Assembly (NCBI GenBank): GCA_963805085.1
Contig: CAWDTA010000004.1
Location: 224,001-288,000 of the forward strand
Direction: 5' to 3'
Length of the DNA stretch: 64,000 bases
DNA from: an uncultured Veillonellaceae bacterium
GTDB lineage: Bacteria; Bacillota; Negativicutes; JARBTT01
Position numbers and translations under genes: made by a program. The notes under the pieces are model-generated. The model saw only the letters and a list, made by a program, of their open reading frames with translations, did no database searches and was not told the origin of the DNA. This document shows positions 30,305 through 39,690 of the stretch, piece after piece (position 1 is the stretch's first letter; each line of letters begins with the position of its first letter).

Positions 30305-31522
30305 ATGACAAACATAAACAAAGAACGAGTAGACTTATTTAAAAGCAAATTATCTATACGTTGTACTATTCCATTGGAAAACAACTACGACCTAAGTCGT
30401 GCGTATACTCCAGGTGTTGCGGAGCCCTGCAAAAAAATAAAATTAGATAAAGATTTATCTTTTGAATATACCAATCGAGGTAATATGATTGCCGTTGTTT
30501 CCGATGGAACACGGGTACTCGGGCTTGGCGATATTGGGCCTGAAGCAGCCATGCCTGTTATGGAAGGAAAATCTGTATTATTTAAAGCTTTTGCTGATGT
30601 TGATGCCATTCCAATCTGCTTAGATACCAAAGATCCTGGCGAAATCATTAAAATTGTAAGAGCATTGCAACCTTCTTTTGCTGGTATCAACTTAGAAGAT
30701 TTTTCATCACCAAAATGTTATGAAATCGAAAACAGCTTAAAGGAACAAATGGATATTCCCGTATTTCATGATGATCAGCATGGTACGGCAATTGCCTGTT
30801 GTTCTGCACTTATCGGGGCTCTACGTCTTGTCAAAAAAGAAATTAAAGATGTCAAAATAGTAGTCAATGGAGCCGGTGCCGCTGGTACTGCAATTGCACA
30901 ATTAATCTTGCATATCGGTGCAAAAAATATGATTGTTTGTAATAGTAAAGGCTCTATTTATGCTGGGCAACCTGGACTAAATAGAGTACAAGAAAAATTA
31001 GCACAACTTACAGGTGTGGCAAGACAAATTCCATTCAAAGATGCTGTAAGTAATGCTGATGTATTACTTGGAGTTTCTGCACCAGGTGTATTTACAGCAG
31101 AAATCATTAAAAGTATGAATAAAGATGCTATTGTTTTTGCTATGGCTAATCCTGTTCCCGAGTGTGATTATAGTGAAGCAAAAGCTGCTGGAGCTAAAGT
31201 CGTTGGCACTGGACGCTCTGACTTTCCTAATCAAGTGAACAATGTAAAAGTCTTTCCCGGCGTATTCCGTGGAGCAATTGATGTTCGTGCTAAAGCAATT
31301 AATGAAGAAATGAAAGTGGCTGCTGTTTATGCACTTGCAAATTTAATTCATGATGATGAGTTAACGGAAGAATACATTACACCTGATGCTTTTGACCCTA
31401 GAGTAGCACCAGCTGTTGCCGCTGCCGTTGCAAAAGCCGCAATGGATACTAGGGTTGCAAGAATCTATATAGATTCTGAGGAGATTCGTAAAAATACTGA
31501 AGAACGTGTAGCGAAAAATTAA
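30305..31522 (+). CDS. NAD(P)-dependent malic enzyme
   Basis: AYTPGVA, LGLGDIG, MPVMEGK, FHDDQHGTA, GAGAAG, GRSDFPNQVNN. Confidence 0.95.
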   Translation: MTNINKERVDLFKSKLSIRCTIPLENNYDLSRAYTPGVAEPCKKIKLDKDLSFEYTNRGNMIAVVSDGTRVLGLGDIGPEAAMPVMEGKSVLFKAFADVDAIPICLDTKDPGEIIKIVRALQPSFAGINLEDFSSPKCYEIENSLKEQMDIPVFHDDQHGTAIACCSALIGALRLVKKEIKDVKIVVNGAGAAGTAIAQLILHIGAKNMIVCNSKGSIYAGQPGLNRVQEKLAQLTGVARQIPFKDAVSNADVLLGVSAPGVFTAEIIKSMNKDAIVFAMANPVPECDYSEAKAAGAKVVGTGRSDFPNQVNNVKVFPGVFRGAIDVRAKAINEEMKVAAVYALANLIHDDELTEEYITPDAFDPRVAPAVAAAVAKAAMDTRVARIYIDSEEIRKNTEERVAKN

Positions 31523-31622
31523 AACAAAAAGGATTGACTGCAACACGCATATCAATCCTTTTTAGTTTTAACGAGATTATTAATATATAAATGCCTGAAA
31601 TGACGACGATTTTGTATACTTT

Positions 31623-32819
31623 TTATAACTCTTTTCTATATTTAGATTTAGAATTTTTATTATGTATTCGTACTAGGCAATAATACAGCAAAGTGGTCAA
31701 GACTATTACACCTGCGGATGCCAAGTACATAAACCGATACCCTAGCTGTCCAGCTGCCAAACTTAAGATGAAAGATCCTATTCCGACACTGACATCCAAT
31801 GCTAAAAAATAAGTAGCTGTAGCAACCCCGGCTCGTACACTTGGAGAATGTTGAATTGCTAATGTTTGAAAAGCAGGACTGAGTGCACCAAAACCAATTC
31901 CGACGATTGCGGCTGAGATTAATAAACCTTGTAAATCTTGTATATAGCTTAGAAAAATCAGACCTAGTATAAATAAAAAAAATCCTGGATATATAACGTA
32001 ATCGGCTCCGGCTCGGTCAAAAAGTTTACCAACAATCGGTCGAGTCAATACGATACTACAGGCAAATACGGCGAAAAATATGCTGGTATAGGTTGATAGA
32101 CCTAATGCTTTAGTATATAAGGGAATAAACACCAACACTCCAGCATAAGCAAAGAACACAAAACCTCCGATTAGTGCCATTGGCAAAGCTTTTGGTTCGA
32201 TGAAATTTACTATTTTAAAAGAAGAAGTCGTTTTAGTAACTGGCTGAATGATGGAATCTGGAAGAGGTTTTCGATTGCTACACCAAAAAGATAAGATAGC
32301 TAAGGTGATACATCCTAAAAACAAGGGGCTGAATTCATTTTGTGAAATGATAAATAAGCCAAAAAACGGTCCAACTACCATGGCTAAATTAGAAAACACA
32401 GCAAAATAGCCAATGCCTTCTCCTTTTCGCTCCATAGGCAGAATCAAGGCAGCTAAAGTGGCTACTGTAGTTGTTCCCACAGCAAATACCGCTCCATGAA
32501 GCAAGCGAATAGCTAGTAAAAAAGATAAACTGTCCGCAACTAAATATAAGATGCTGATCAGAAGAAATATTAAAGAAGAAATAAAAAGCATTCTTTTCTT
32601 ATTATATGTATCGTTCCATTTTCCAGCAAATGGGCGACAGCTAACTGCACCAATTTGGAAAAACGTCATAGCTAGTCCCGCTTGCCATTCATTACCATAA
32701 AGATTTTCCATAACAAAAATTGGGAGCGTAGTAACAAGTGCATAATGCGTCATATATTGAAAAAAATTACTGAAACTCATTCCTAAAAATTCTGGTGTCC
32801 ATAAAGATGGTTTTGTCAT
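31623..32819 (-). CDS. MFS transporter
   Basis: 12 hydrophobic segments; RKGEGIGYF. Confidence 0.9.
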   Translation of the reverse strand: MTKPSLWTPEFLGMSFSNFFQYMTHYALVTTLPIFVMENLYGNEWQAGLAMTFFQIGAVSCRPFAGKWNDTYNKKRMLFISSLIFLLISILYLVADSLSFLLAIRLLHGAVFAVGTTTVATLAALILPMERKGEGIGYFAVFSNLAMVVGPFFGLFIISQNEFSPLFLGCITLAILSFWCSNRKPLPDSIIQPVTKTTSSFKIVNFIEPKALPMALIGGFVFFAYAGVLVFIPLYTKALGLSTYTSIFFAVFACSIVLTRPIVGKLFDRAGADYVIYPGFFLFILGLIFLSYIQDLQGLLISAAIVGIGFGALSPAFQTLAIQHSPSVRAGVATATYFLALDVSVGIGSFILSLAAGQLGYRFMYLASAGVIVLTTLLYYCLVRIHNKNSKSKYRKEL

Positions 32820-33022
32820 AAAGATCCCTTCGATTCTATAAAAGCTAAGTTGATTTTACGTAATAAAGAAGTCAATGCATCAAAATTTTGCACACGCTAT
32901 TCTTAAGGAATGTAGAGTCCTTTATCAAATGCAAGCAAAGACCATAGCATGATATAAATAGGTAAAGGGGTCTGTTTATTACTACAGCCCCCTCATCTAT
33001 AAAATATATTATATATTATATT

Positions 33023-34774
33023 TTATTTTTTATCTAAATAAGAAAAGTCATATTGCTTTTTAATCTTTTTATAACTGGTATGAAGTAATTTATGCGCTTT
33101 ATGGCTAAGTGGCGCTTCAAGATAATTTTTATATAGCGCGGTTACATCTGGATTTTCATGTGATTTTCTAATGATATGTGTTTGGTCGATATCATAAAGG
33201 GCATCCATACGTAATTTTTTAATGTCTGTTGTCGATTGAATCGGTTGTCCACCACCACCAATGCAGCCACCTGGGCAAGCCATAATTTCTACGAAAGTAT
33301 AATCACACTCGCCAGCTTTAATTGCTTCCATGATTTTCTGAGCATTTCTAAGACCATGCGCAATGGCAACTTTTACACTGGTATTACCAAGGCTAATTTC
33401 TGCTTCTTTTATGCCTTCCCAGCCACGAACTTCTTTGAAATCAAGGTCTTTTAATTCTGTACCTGTATACACTTCTGCTACAGTTCTTAGCGCAGCTTCC
33501 ATAACACCACCGCTGGTACCAAAAATAGCACCAGCACCACTGCCAAGACCAAGTGGGCTATCAAAAGAACCTTCATCAAGATTAACAAAATCAAGGCCAA
33601 CATATTTAATTAATTTACTTAATTCACGAGTCGTAAGAACAATATCCACATCTTTGATACCATCACGTCCCATTTCTGGACGGTCAGCTTCAAATTTTTT
33701 CGCAACACATGGCATAATAGAAACCGTCACGATATCCTTGATATCAATACCAGAAACTTCCGGATAATACGATTTTGAAATTGCACCAAAGATTTGTTGT
33801 GGTGATTTTGCACTAGAAAGATGATCAATATAATCGCCATAATGTTTTTCCATATAGTTTACCCACCCAGAACTACACGACGTAATCATTGGCAATTTAC
33901 CATTATTTTTAATACGATCCAATAACTCACTGCCTTCTTCCATAATGGTAACATCAGCAGCAAAGTTTGTATCAAACACTTTATCGAAGCCAAGCATTTT
34001 AAGAGCCGTCACCATTTTTCCAGTAACGATTGCGCCTTTTGGTAAACCAAATTCATCACCAATCGCCACGCGAACAGATGGCGCCACTTGTACGATAACA
34101 TGCTTACTTGGATTCTGCAGTACGTTTAAGACTTTTTGCGTATTATCACGTTCAACGATTGCCCCTACTGGGCACACCGAACTACATTGCCCACAAAGAA
34201 TACAGTCTGTTTCTAGTAGTGGTTTATTATAAGCAGTCGTTACTGCAAAATCTTCCGAACGCCCAGAGTAAGTCAAGGCATTAACGCCTTGCACCTCATT
34301 ACAGACTTTTACGCAACGACCGCATTTTACACATTTGGCCAAATCACGCACAATGCTTGGATTTTTATCATTTATAACACATGGTTCGCTAACTCTTTCT
34401 AGTTGAGGTTTTAACACATTAAAGCGACTACATAAATTTTGTAAATCACAATTCTGATTTCTCGCACAAGACAAACAGTTTTGCTCGTGGTTTGCTAAGA
34501 TAAGTTCTAAAATCCCCACTTGCGTATCACGAACCAGTTTGGTATCGGTATGAATTTCCATGCCTTCCCACACTTCGGTAGAACAGGCTGCGAGGAGTCG
34601 TCTACTACCAACAACTTCAACAGTACAAATTCTACAATGAGCTTTGATTGTTTGATCAGGATGATAACAAAGATGAGGAATATCGATATGTATTTTTTTA
34701 GCCGCTTCTAGTATTTTTGTACCTTGCTCTACTTGAAGGGGAATATTATTGATTTTTATATTAACTGTACTCAA
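33023..34774 (-). CDS. hydA: [FeFe]-hydrogenase catalytic subunit (group A, M3 architecture)
   Basis: IPHLCYH 2Fe-2S, His-ligated cluster, 2x[4Fe-4S], TSCSSGW, MPCVAKKFE, EIMACPGGCIGGGGQP. Confidence 0.95.
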   Translation of the reverse strand: MSTVNIKINNIPLQVEQGTKILEAAKKIHIDIPHLCYHPDQTIKAHCRICTVEVVGSRRLLAACSTEVWEGMEIHTDTKLVRDTQVGILELILANHEQNCLSCARNQNCDLQNLCSRFNVLKPQLERVSEPCVINDKNPSIVRDLAKCVKCGRCVKVCNEVQGVNALTYSGRSEDFAVTTAYNKPLLETDCILCGQCSSVCPVGAIVERDNTQKVLNVLQNPSKHVIVQVAPSVRVAIGDEFGLPKGAIVTGKMVTALKMLGFDKVFDTNFAADVTIMEEGSELLDRIKNNGKLPMITSCSSGWVNYMEKHYGDYIDHLSSAKSPQQIFGAISKSYYPEVSGIDIKDIVTVSIMPCVAKKFEADRPEMGRDGIKDVDIVLTTRELSKLIKYVGLDFVNLDEGSFDSPLGLGSGAGAIFGTSGGVMEAALRTVAEVYTGTELKDLDFKEVRGWEGIKEAEISLGNTSVKVAIAHGLRNAQKIMEAIKAGECDYTFVEIMACPGGCIGGGGQPIQSTTDIKKLRMDALYDIDQTHIIRKSHENPDVTALYKNYLEAPLSHKAHKLLHTSYKKIKKQYDFSYLDKK

Positions 34775-34789
34775 AATCTACACCTCATT

Positions 34790-36031
34790 TTATTTAATTT
34801 GAAAATCTTCTTCAAAATTTTTCATAGCGGAAACCAATGCACTTTGGGCAGTTTCACCTAAACCACATAAAGAAGACATCGCCATAATTTTCGCAATTTT
34901 ATGCATAGAACCTAAATCAGCTGTCGTATGCGTACCTTCTGCGACTTTTTTTAGTAACAATTTTATATGACGATTTCCCTCTCTACAAGGAGTACATTGT
35001 CCACAACTTTCATGAGAGAAAAATTCCTGTGTAGTTTTTAAGAAATCAATCACACTCGTGCGGTCATCTACTACTAGAATCGCACCTGAGCCTACACCTA
35101 CACCAGCTTTTCGTAAATCTTCATACGTGTAAGGCGTATCTAAAATGCTTTTTGGTGCTATTTTACCAGACGCACCACCGAATTGAATCAATTTGATTTC
35201 ATTATCGTCCACGATACCACCAGCTAAACCATAAACAATATCACGAACCGTAACCCCAAATGGAATTTCAAAAACACCTGGATTTTTTACATTACCACCA
35301 ACGCTAACTAATTTCGTTCCTACCGAGCCTTCTGTGCCATATGTTAAATATTTTTTTTCATCATCTAATAAAATGCTGCTTACTAGTGATAGACTTTCCA
35401 CATTATTTACACAAGTAGGCAAATTAAACAAACCACATTGTTTGATAAATGGCGGTTTCATCCTAGGACGACCACTTTTTCCTTCTATGGATTCCACGAG
35501 TGCAGTACCTTCACCACATACATAAGCACCAGCACCAGAATAAAGATGAATATTATAGTTAAAGCCTTTACCTAAGATGTTCTCACCTAAGAAGCCATAG
35601 GTTTTTGCTTGTTTTATTGCATCTAAAATAAGTGGTCTAAGATGGCTATATTCTTCGCGTAAATAGATGTAACCGTTTTGCGCATCAACTGTATAACCAG
35701 CAATAATCATCCCTTCGATTAGATTAAAAGGATCGTTTTCAATTAAGGTACGATCTTTAAATGTACAAGGCTCTCCTTCGTCGGCATTACAAACTACCAC
35801 TTTATTATCGGCAATAACCGATTTTGCCTGTGCCCATTTTCTTCCCATATCATAGCCTGCACCACCACGACCTTTGATTTGTGCCATTGCAAGCATCGAT
35901 GCTATTTCTTCCCCTGTCATATTAACCGCTTTTTTCAAAGCGTTAAATCCGCCAATTGCCATATAAGAACCAATGGATTTGACGTCATATTTACCAAAGT
36001 TTTTTGTCATAAAACACACAGCTTTACTCAT
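34790..36031 (-). CDS. hydB: NuoF-like diaphorase subunit (short form)
   Basis: GRGGAG, NADEGEP, GAGAYVCGEGTAL, ESCGQCTPCREG, SLCGLG. Confidence 0.92.
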   Translation of the reverse strand: MSKAVCFMTKNFGKYDVKSIGSYMAIGGFNALKKAVNMTGEEIASMLAMAQIKGRGGAGYDMGRKWAQAKSVIADNKVVVCNADEGEPCTFKDRTLIENDPFNLIEGMIIAGYTVDAQNGYIYLREEYSHLRPLILDAIKQAKTYGFLGENILGKGFNYNIHLYSGAGAYVCGEGTALVESIEGKSGRPRMKPPFIKQCGLFNLPTCVNNVESLSLVSSILLDDEKKYLTYGTEGSVGTKLVSVGGNVKNPGVFEIPFGVTVRDIVYGLAGGIVDDNEIKLIQFGGASGKIAPKSILDTPYTYEDLRKAGVGVGSGAILVVDDRTSVIDFLKTTQEFFSHESCGQCTPCREGNRHIKLLLKKVAEGTHTTADLGSMHKIAKIMAMSSLCGLGETAQSALVSAMKNFEEDFQIK

Positions 36032-36047
36032 TGGGCTCTTCTCTCCT

Positions 36048-36545
36048 TTAAATCAATTCATTTAACATATCAGCAATTTTTTCTTTTGTGGTCAGATGGC
36101 CATACACTTTGCCATTTACCCTTACCGCTGGTGCGACATCACATGCACCAAAGCATGCTACACTCTCTAATGTAAACCGACCATCATAAGTAACCTCGTT
36201 TAATTCAATGTTTAACAGTTCTTTTAACGTTTCAAATAAATTATCATTATGATTAATTTTACAAACAATACTATTGCAAACTTGAATCGGATATTTTGCT
36301 CTAGGCTTATCTGATATAGATGAATAAAATGTAATACAATCATAAATTGTCGTAATTTTAACATCTAATTTATCTGCCAAATAATAAGCTACTTCTGTTG
36401 GAATGTAGTGATTAGGAACCACTTCTTGAATATCGAGTAAGATACCAACCAGTTTAGAACCGTCAGTGTCATGCGCAAATAAGATAAGATCAATTTGCTT
36501 TGCAAGTTCTTTTGTTAAAACTTTGTCATTTGTAGCGAATGCCAT
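36048..36545 (-). CDS. hydC: NuoE-like [2Fe-2S] subunit
   Basis: TFYS, VCNSIVC, ACFGACDVAP. Confidence 0.9.
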   Translation of the reverse strand: MAFATNDKVLTKELAKQIDLILFAHDTDGSKLVGILLDIQEVVPNHYIPTEVAYYLADKLDVKITTIYDCITFYSSISDKPRAKYPIQVCNSIVCKINHNDNLFETLKELLNIELNEVTYDGRFTLESVACFGACDVAPAVRVNGKVYGHLTTKEKIADMLNELI

Positions 36546-36884
36546 AATAAAAAAATACCCCCTCATTATAATGAAATTAACTATAACCGATAAATCAACG
36601 GATACTGTATACGTATTTACCTAAAAAAAAATTTTTTCTAAATTGTCACACAATGAAGATACACATCAATCAATTATAAAATTCTTAGCTCTATGATAGA
36701 TAATTAAAGTAATTAATTTACAATATTCGTCAATTAAATTGTGACATTGATACTTATTCTATATGATAGGTACTAAATCCTTTTCAGAATATCTATAAAT
36801 AAAAAGTTGTAATTTTATGAAAATTTAAAACCGCAATTTTCTTGGAAACACAAGAAATACGTGGTTTTTTTCACATTATTCTTC

Positions 36885-36902
36885 ATGTATAAAAATTCAC
36901 AA
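36885..36902. promoter_or_regulatory. Possible Rex operator
   Basis: ATGTATAAAAATTCACAA vs consensus TTGTGAA-N4-TTCACAA; one half perfect; upstream of hydrogenase. Confidence 0.3.
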
Positions 36903-36960
36903 AAACAAGTATTTATCCAAATATACTTCCCCTAGGAAACATTCACGGAATAAATTACCA

Positions 36961-36995
36961 ATTCAAATGAACTTCAAAAAATTAGTGTTTATGAT
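36961..36995 (+). promoter_or_regulatory. TCAAA direct repeats (11-bp) plus -10 TATGAT
   Basis: TCAAA at 36963 and 36974; TATGAT at 36990. Confidence 0.65.
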
Positions 36996-37084
36996 TGAAC
37001 TTATAACAAAGCAAGAACAGCATACTTGTCATACATACTTTAAAGTACGATTTATATTTATCAATTGAAGGGATATGATCTTCC

Positions 37085-38740
37085 ATGAAAAAAAAAATTT
37101 TAACCAACTGCATCGTTACTGTTTTGGCCTGTAGTTTTTCAGCAACTGCATTTGCCAGCACTCTGAACTTTGTTCCACAGATGCCACCAGAAGGCTTTGC
37201 TCAGCCGCCACAAATGACCGGACAAAATCAACCACAAAATCCTGAACAAGAAATCAAAAACATTCTTACTAACTTAGTTAACGAGGGTACTATCACGCAA
37301 GAGCAATCAGATAGTATCTCTAAAACCTTTAAAAATAAAATGGAACCACATCAACCAGCTGGTCAACCGCCTCAAATGGACGGTCAACATCAGCCACCGA
37401 ATCCTGAACAAGATGTCAAAAATATTCTCGCTGATCTTGTCAAAGATGACACCATCACACAAGATCAAGCAGAAACAATCGCTAAAGCCTTTAAAAATAA
37501 AATGGGTCCACATCAATCAATTGATCACCAACAACAATCAGATAAAATAGCGACCCTTGGTGCTTATACACAAAAAAATAAAAATATTACACAAAAAAAT
37601 AAAATCTATGCTGCAGCAAAACAAAATCAATCGGCAATCAAAGTAACCGATGGTGGTAAATTGACAATAGTGCAAGCAACCATCAATAAAACAGGTAATA
37701 GCACCTCTGAAGAAGATAGTAATTTCTATGGGTTAAATGCCGGAGTCCTTGCCGAATCTGCTGCTACAATTTATATTACCGATGCAAAAATAACAACCAA
37801 CGCTGAAGGTTCAAATGCAATTTTTGCAACTGGCAAAAACTCTGTCATTAACCTATCTAATGTTAAAATTAATACCGATGCAAGTTCTTCGCGGGGTCTT
37901 GATGCTACGTTAACAGGTACAGTAAATGCAACGAATGTTGATATCACAACGCAAGGTGCTCATTGTGCTGCACTTGCAACTGACCGAGGCAACGGTACAA
38001 TCAATGTAATCGGTGGTACTATGCATACTGCTGGTGATGGCTCCCCTGGTATCTATTCCACTGGTGACATCAATGTATCGGATGCGACACTTACTGCTAC
38101 AGGGTCAGAAGCCGCAGTCGTTGAAGGAAAAAATACGATTACATTAAATAACACCACATTGTCTGGGACAAAGAATCAAGGCGTTATGCTTTATCAAAGT
38201 TTCTCCGGTGATGCTGAGTTAGGAACAAGTAAATTCACGATGAATGGCGGCTCACTTACAGCTGAAGAAGGTCCTCTATTCTACGTGACAAATACTGAAT
38301 CCATCATTAAATTAAACAACGCGAATTTACAGCAAAACTCTGGCATTCTCTTAAATGTCGGTGCTGGTAAATGGGGTAATCAAGGATCAAATGGTGCAAC
38401 CGTTGAATTTAACGCGCAAAATCAACTCTTAGATGGTGATATCATCTGCGATACTATCAGTACTGTACAATTAAACTTACAGGAAAATTCTAAATTAAAT
38501 GGTTCTATAAACAAAGAAAACACAGCAAAATCGTTATCCTTAACATTGGATAAAACAAGTTCTTGGAATGTAACTGCCAACAGTTATCTAAACACCTTAA
38601 CCACTGCTGATTCTACGTTATCCAATATAGCTGATAATGGCTTCACGATTTACTACGACGCAAACAATCTAGCCAACCAATGGTTAGGTAGTAATACTTA
38701 TATACTAAAAGATGGTGGTAAATTAACCCCAAAGAGCTAA
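37085..38740 (+). CDS. Secreted protein: duplicated 54-aa Pro/Gln-rich helical repeat plus predicted beta-helix domain
   Basis: Signal peptide AFA; Gly/Asn/Thr-rich coils (NFYGLNAGVLA, GAHCAALATDRG, GVMLYQSFSGDA). Confidence 0.8.
   Translation: MKKKILTNCIVTVLACSFSATAFASTLNFVPQMPPEGFAQPPQMTGQNQPQNPEQEIKNILTNLVNEGTITQEQSDSISKTFKNKMEPHQPAGQPPQMDGQHQPPNPEQDVKNILADLVKDDTITQDQAETIAKAFKNKMGPHQSIDHQQQSDKIATLGAYTQKNKNITQKNKIYAAAKQNQSAIKVTDGGKLTIVQATINKTGNSTSEEDSNFYGLNAGVLAESAATIYITDAKITTNAEGSNAIFATGKNSVINLSNVKINTDASSSRGLDATLTGTVNATNVDITTQGAHCAALATDRGNGTINVIGGTMHTAGDGSPGIYSTGDINVSDATLTATGSEAAVVEGKNTITLNNTTLSGTKNQGVMLYQSFSGDAELGTSKFTMNGGSLTAEEGPLFYVTNTESIIKLNNANLQQNSGILLNVGAGKWGNQGSNGATVEFNAQNQLLDGDIICDTISTVQLNLQENSKLNGSINKENTAKSLSLTLDKTSSWNVTANSYLNTLTTADSTLSNIADNGFTIYYDANNLANQWLGSNTYILKDGGKLTPKS
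37202..37516 (+). repeat. Intragenic tandem repeat, 162-bp unit x2
   Basis: QPPQM.GQ.QP.NPEQ..KNIL..LV...TITQ.Q...I.K.FKNKM.PHQ at 37202 and 37364. Confidence 0.85.
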
Positions 38741-38749
38741 ATAATCAGC

Positions 38750-38795
38750 AAAATACCGTATTGATCGATTTAATTTTGATCAATACGGTATTTTT
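38750..38795. terminator. Bidirectional terminator
   Basis: aaaataccgtattgatc / gatcaatacggtatttt. Confidence 0.85.
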
Positions 38796-38860
38796 AATGA
38801 AAGATGATGTTAAAAACATACTTGAACAATTTTTGCAATCTGGTAAATCAATTGTTTACT

Positions 38861-39300
38861 TTAAAACAAAGGTGGAATGAGTCGATAAATAATATCATGC
38901 AGCAAATTATCATCATTACTTACACCGATGATATCTGCGACTTTTTTCACCTCTGGCTCTGCATTGGCTGGAGCGACACCTAAATACGCTAGTTTTATCA
39001 TTTCGATATCATTTTGAAAATCACCAGTCGCAACAACGACTTTATTTTTATATTCTTCCATTTTTAAAATTTTTCACCAAGCATACTGCCTTTTGATATC
39101 GCTTTACCAACAAGTTCTAGATAAATTGGAGCAGAAAAGAAGTAGTTCATCGCCTCATCCAGCTGGAATTTTACTAATACTTCACGAACGGTAAGTAAAT
39201 TCTCATTTGTATCACACAAAAGAATATTGATCCATTCTTCACCTAAAATTTCATCTAGCTTTGCATAAACAAATGCTTCTTTTTCACGTTCCATATGCTC
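38861..39300 (-). pseudogene. Cof-type HAD phosphatase, C-terminal fragment, frameshifted
   Basis: YLEL..SKG and GDFQNDIEMI..GVAPANA motifs split over two ORFs; N-terminal DxD motif missing. Confidence 0.8.
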
Positions 39301-39301
39301 A

Positions 39302-39400
39302 TCAACATTTTAGGCTCGGTAACTTATCGCCACCACCGCAACCAGCTAATAGCGTAGTAGCTAAGACTAGCATCATCAATAACGACATCATCTTTTTCAT
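39302..39400 (-). pseudogene. Lipoprotein 5' remnant (signal peptide only)
   Basis: GGAGG RBS; MKKMMSLLMMLVLATTLLAGCGGGDKLPSLKC*. Confidence 0.65.
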
Positions 39401-39690
39401 AAGACTTTCCTCCATTTCTATAATTTCTATTTGTATTCATTGTATATAATGAATATTCTAAACAATCACAAAATTAATTTAAATGCCCCAAATACTGAAC
39501 TTCGTGATTTTTTTATTTAAAACTTCCAATTTGTTTTATTCTCTCACTTGCTAAAGAACAGAATAAGGCGTATTTAACAATTCTCTCTTGTCAAATACAC
39601 CTTATTCTCATCATTTATTTTCTTTTTAAAATATCTTAGCAATTCTCAATATAAAACTCCTATAATCCGCCTTGCGCAATGTTTTATAGA

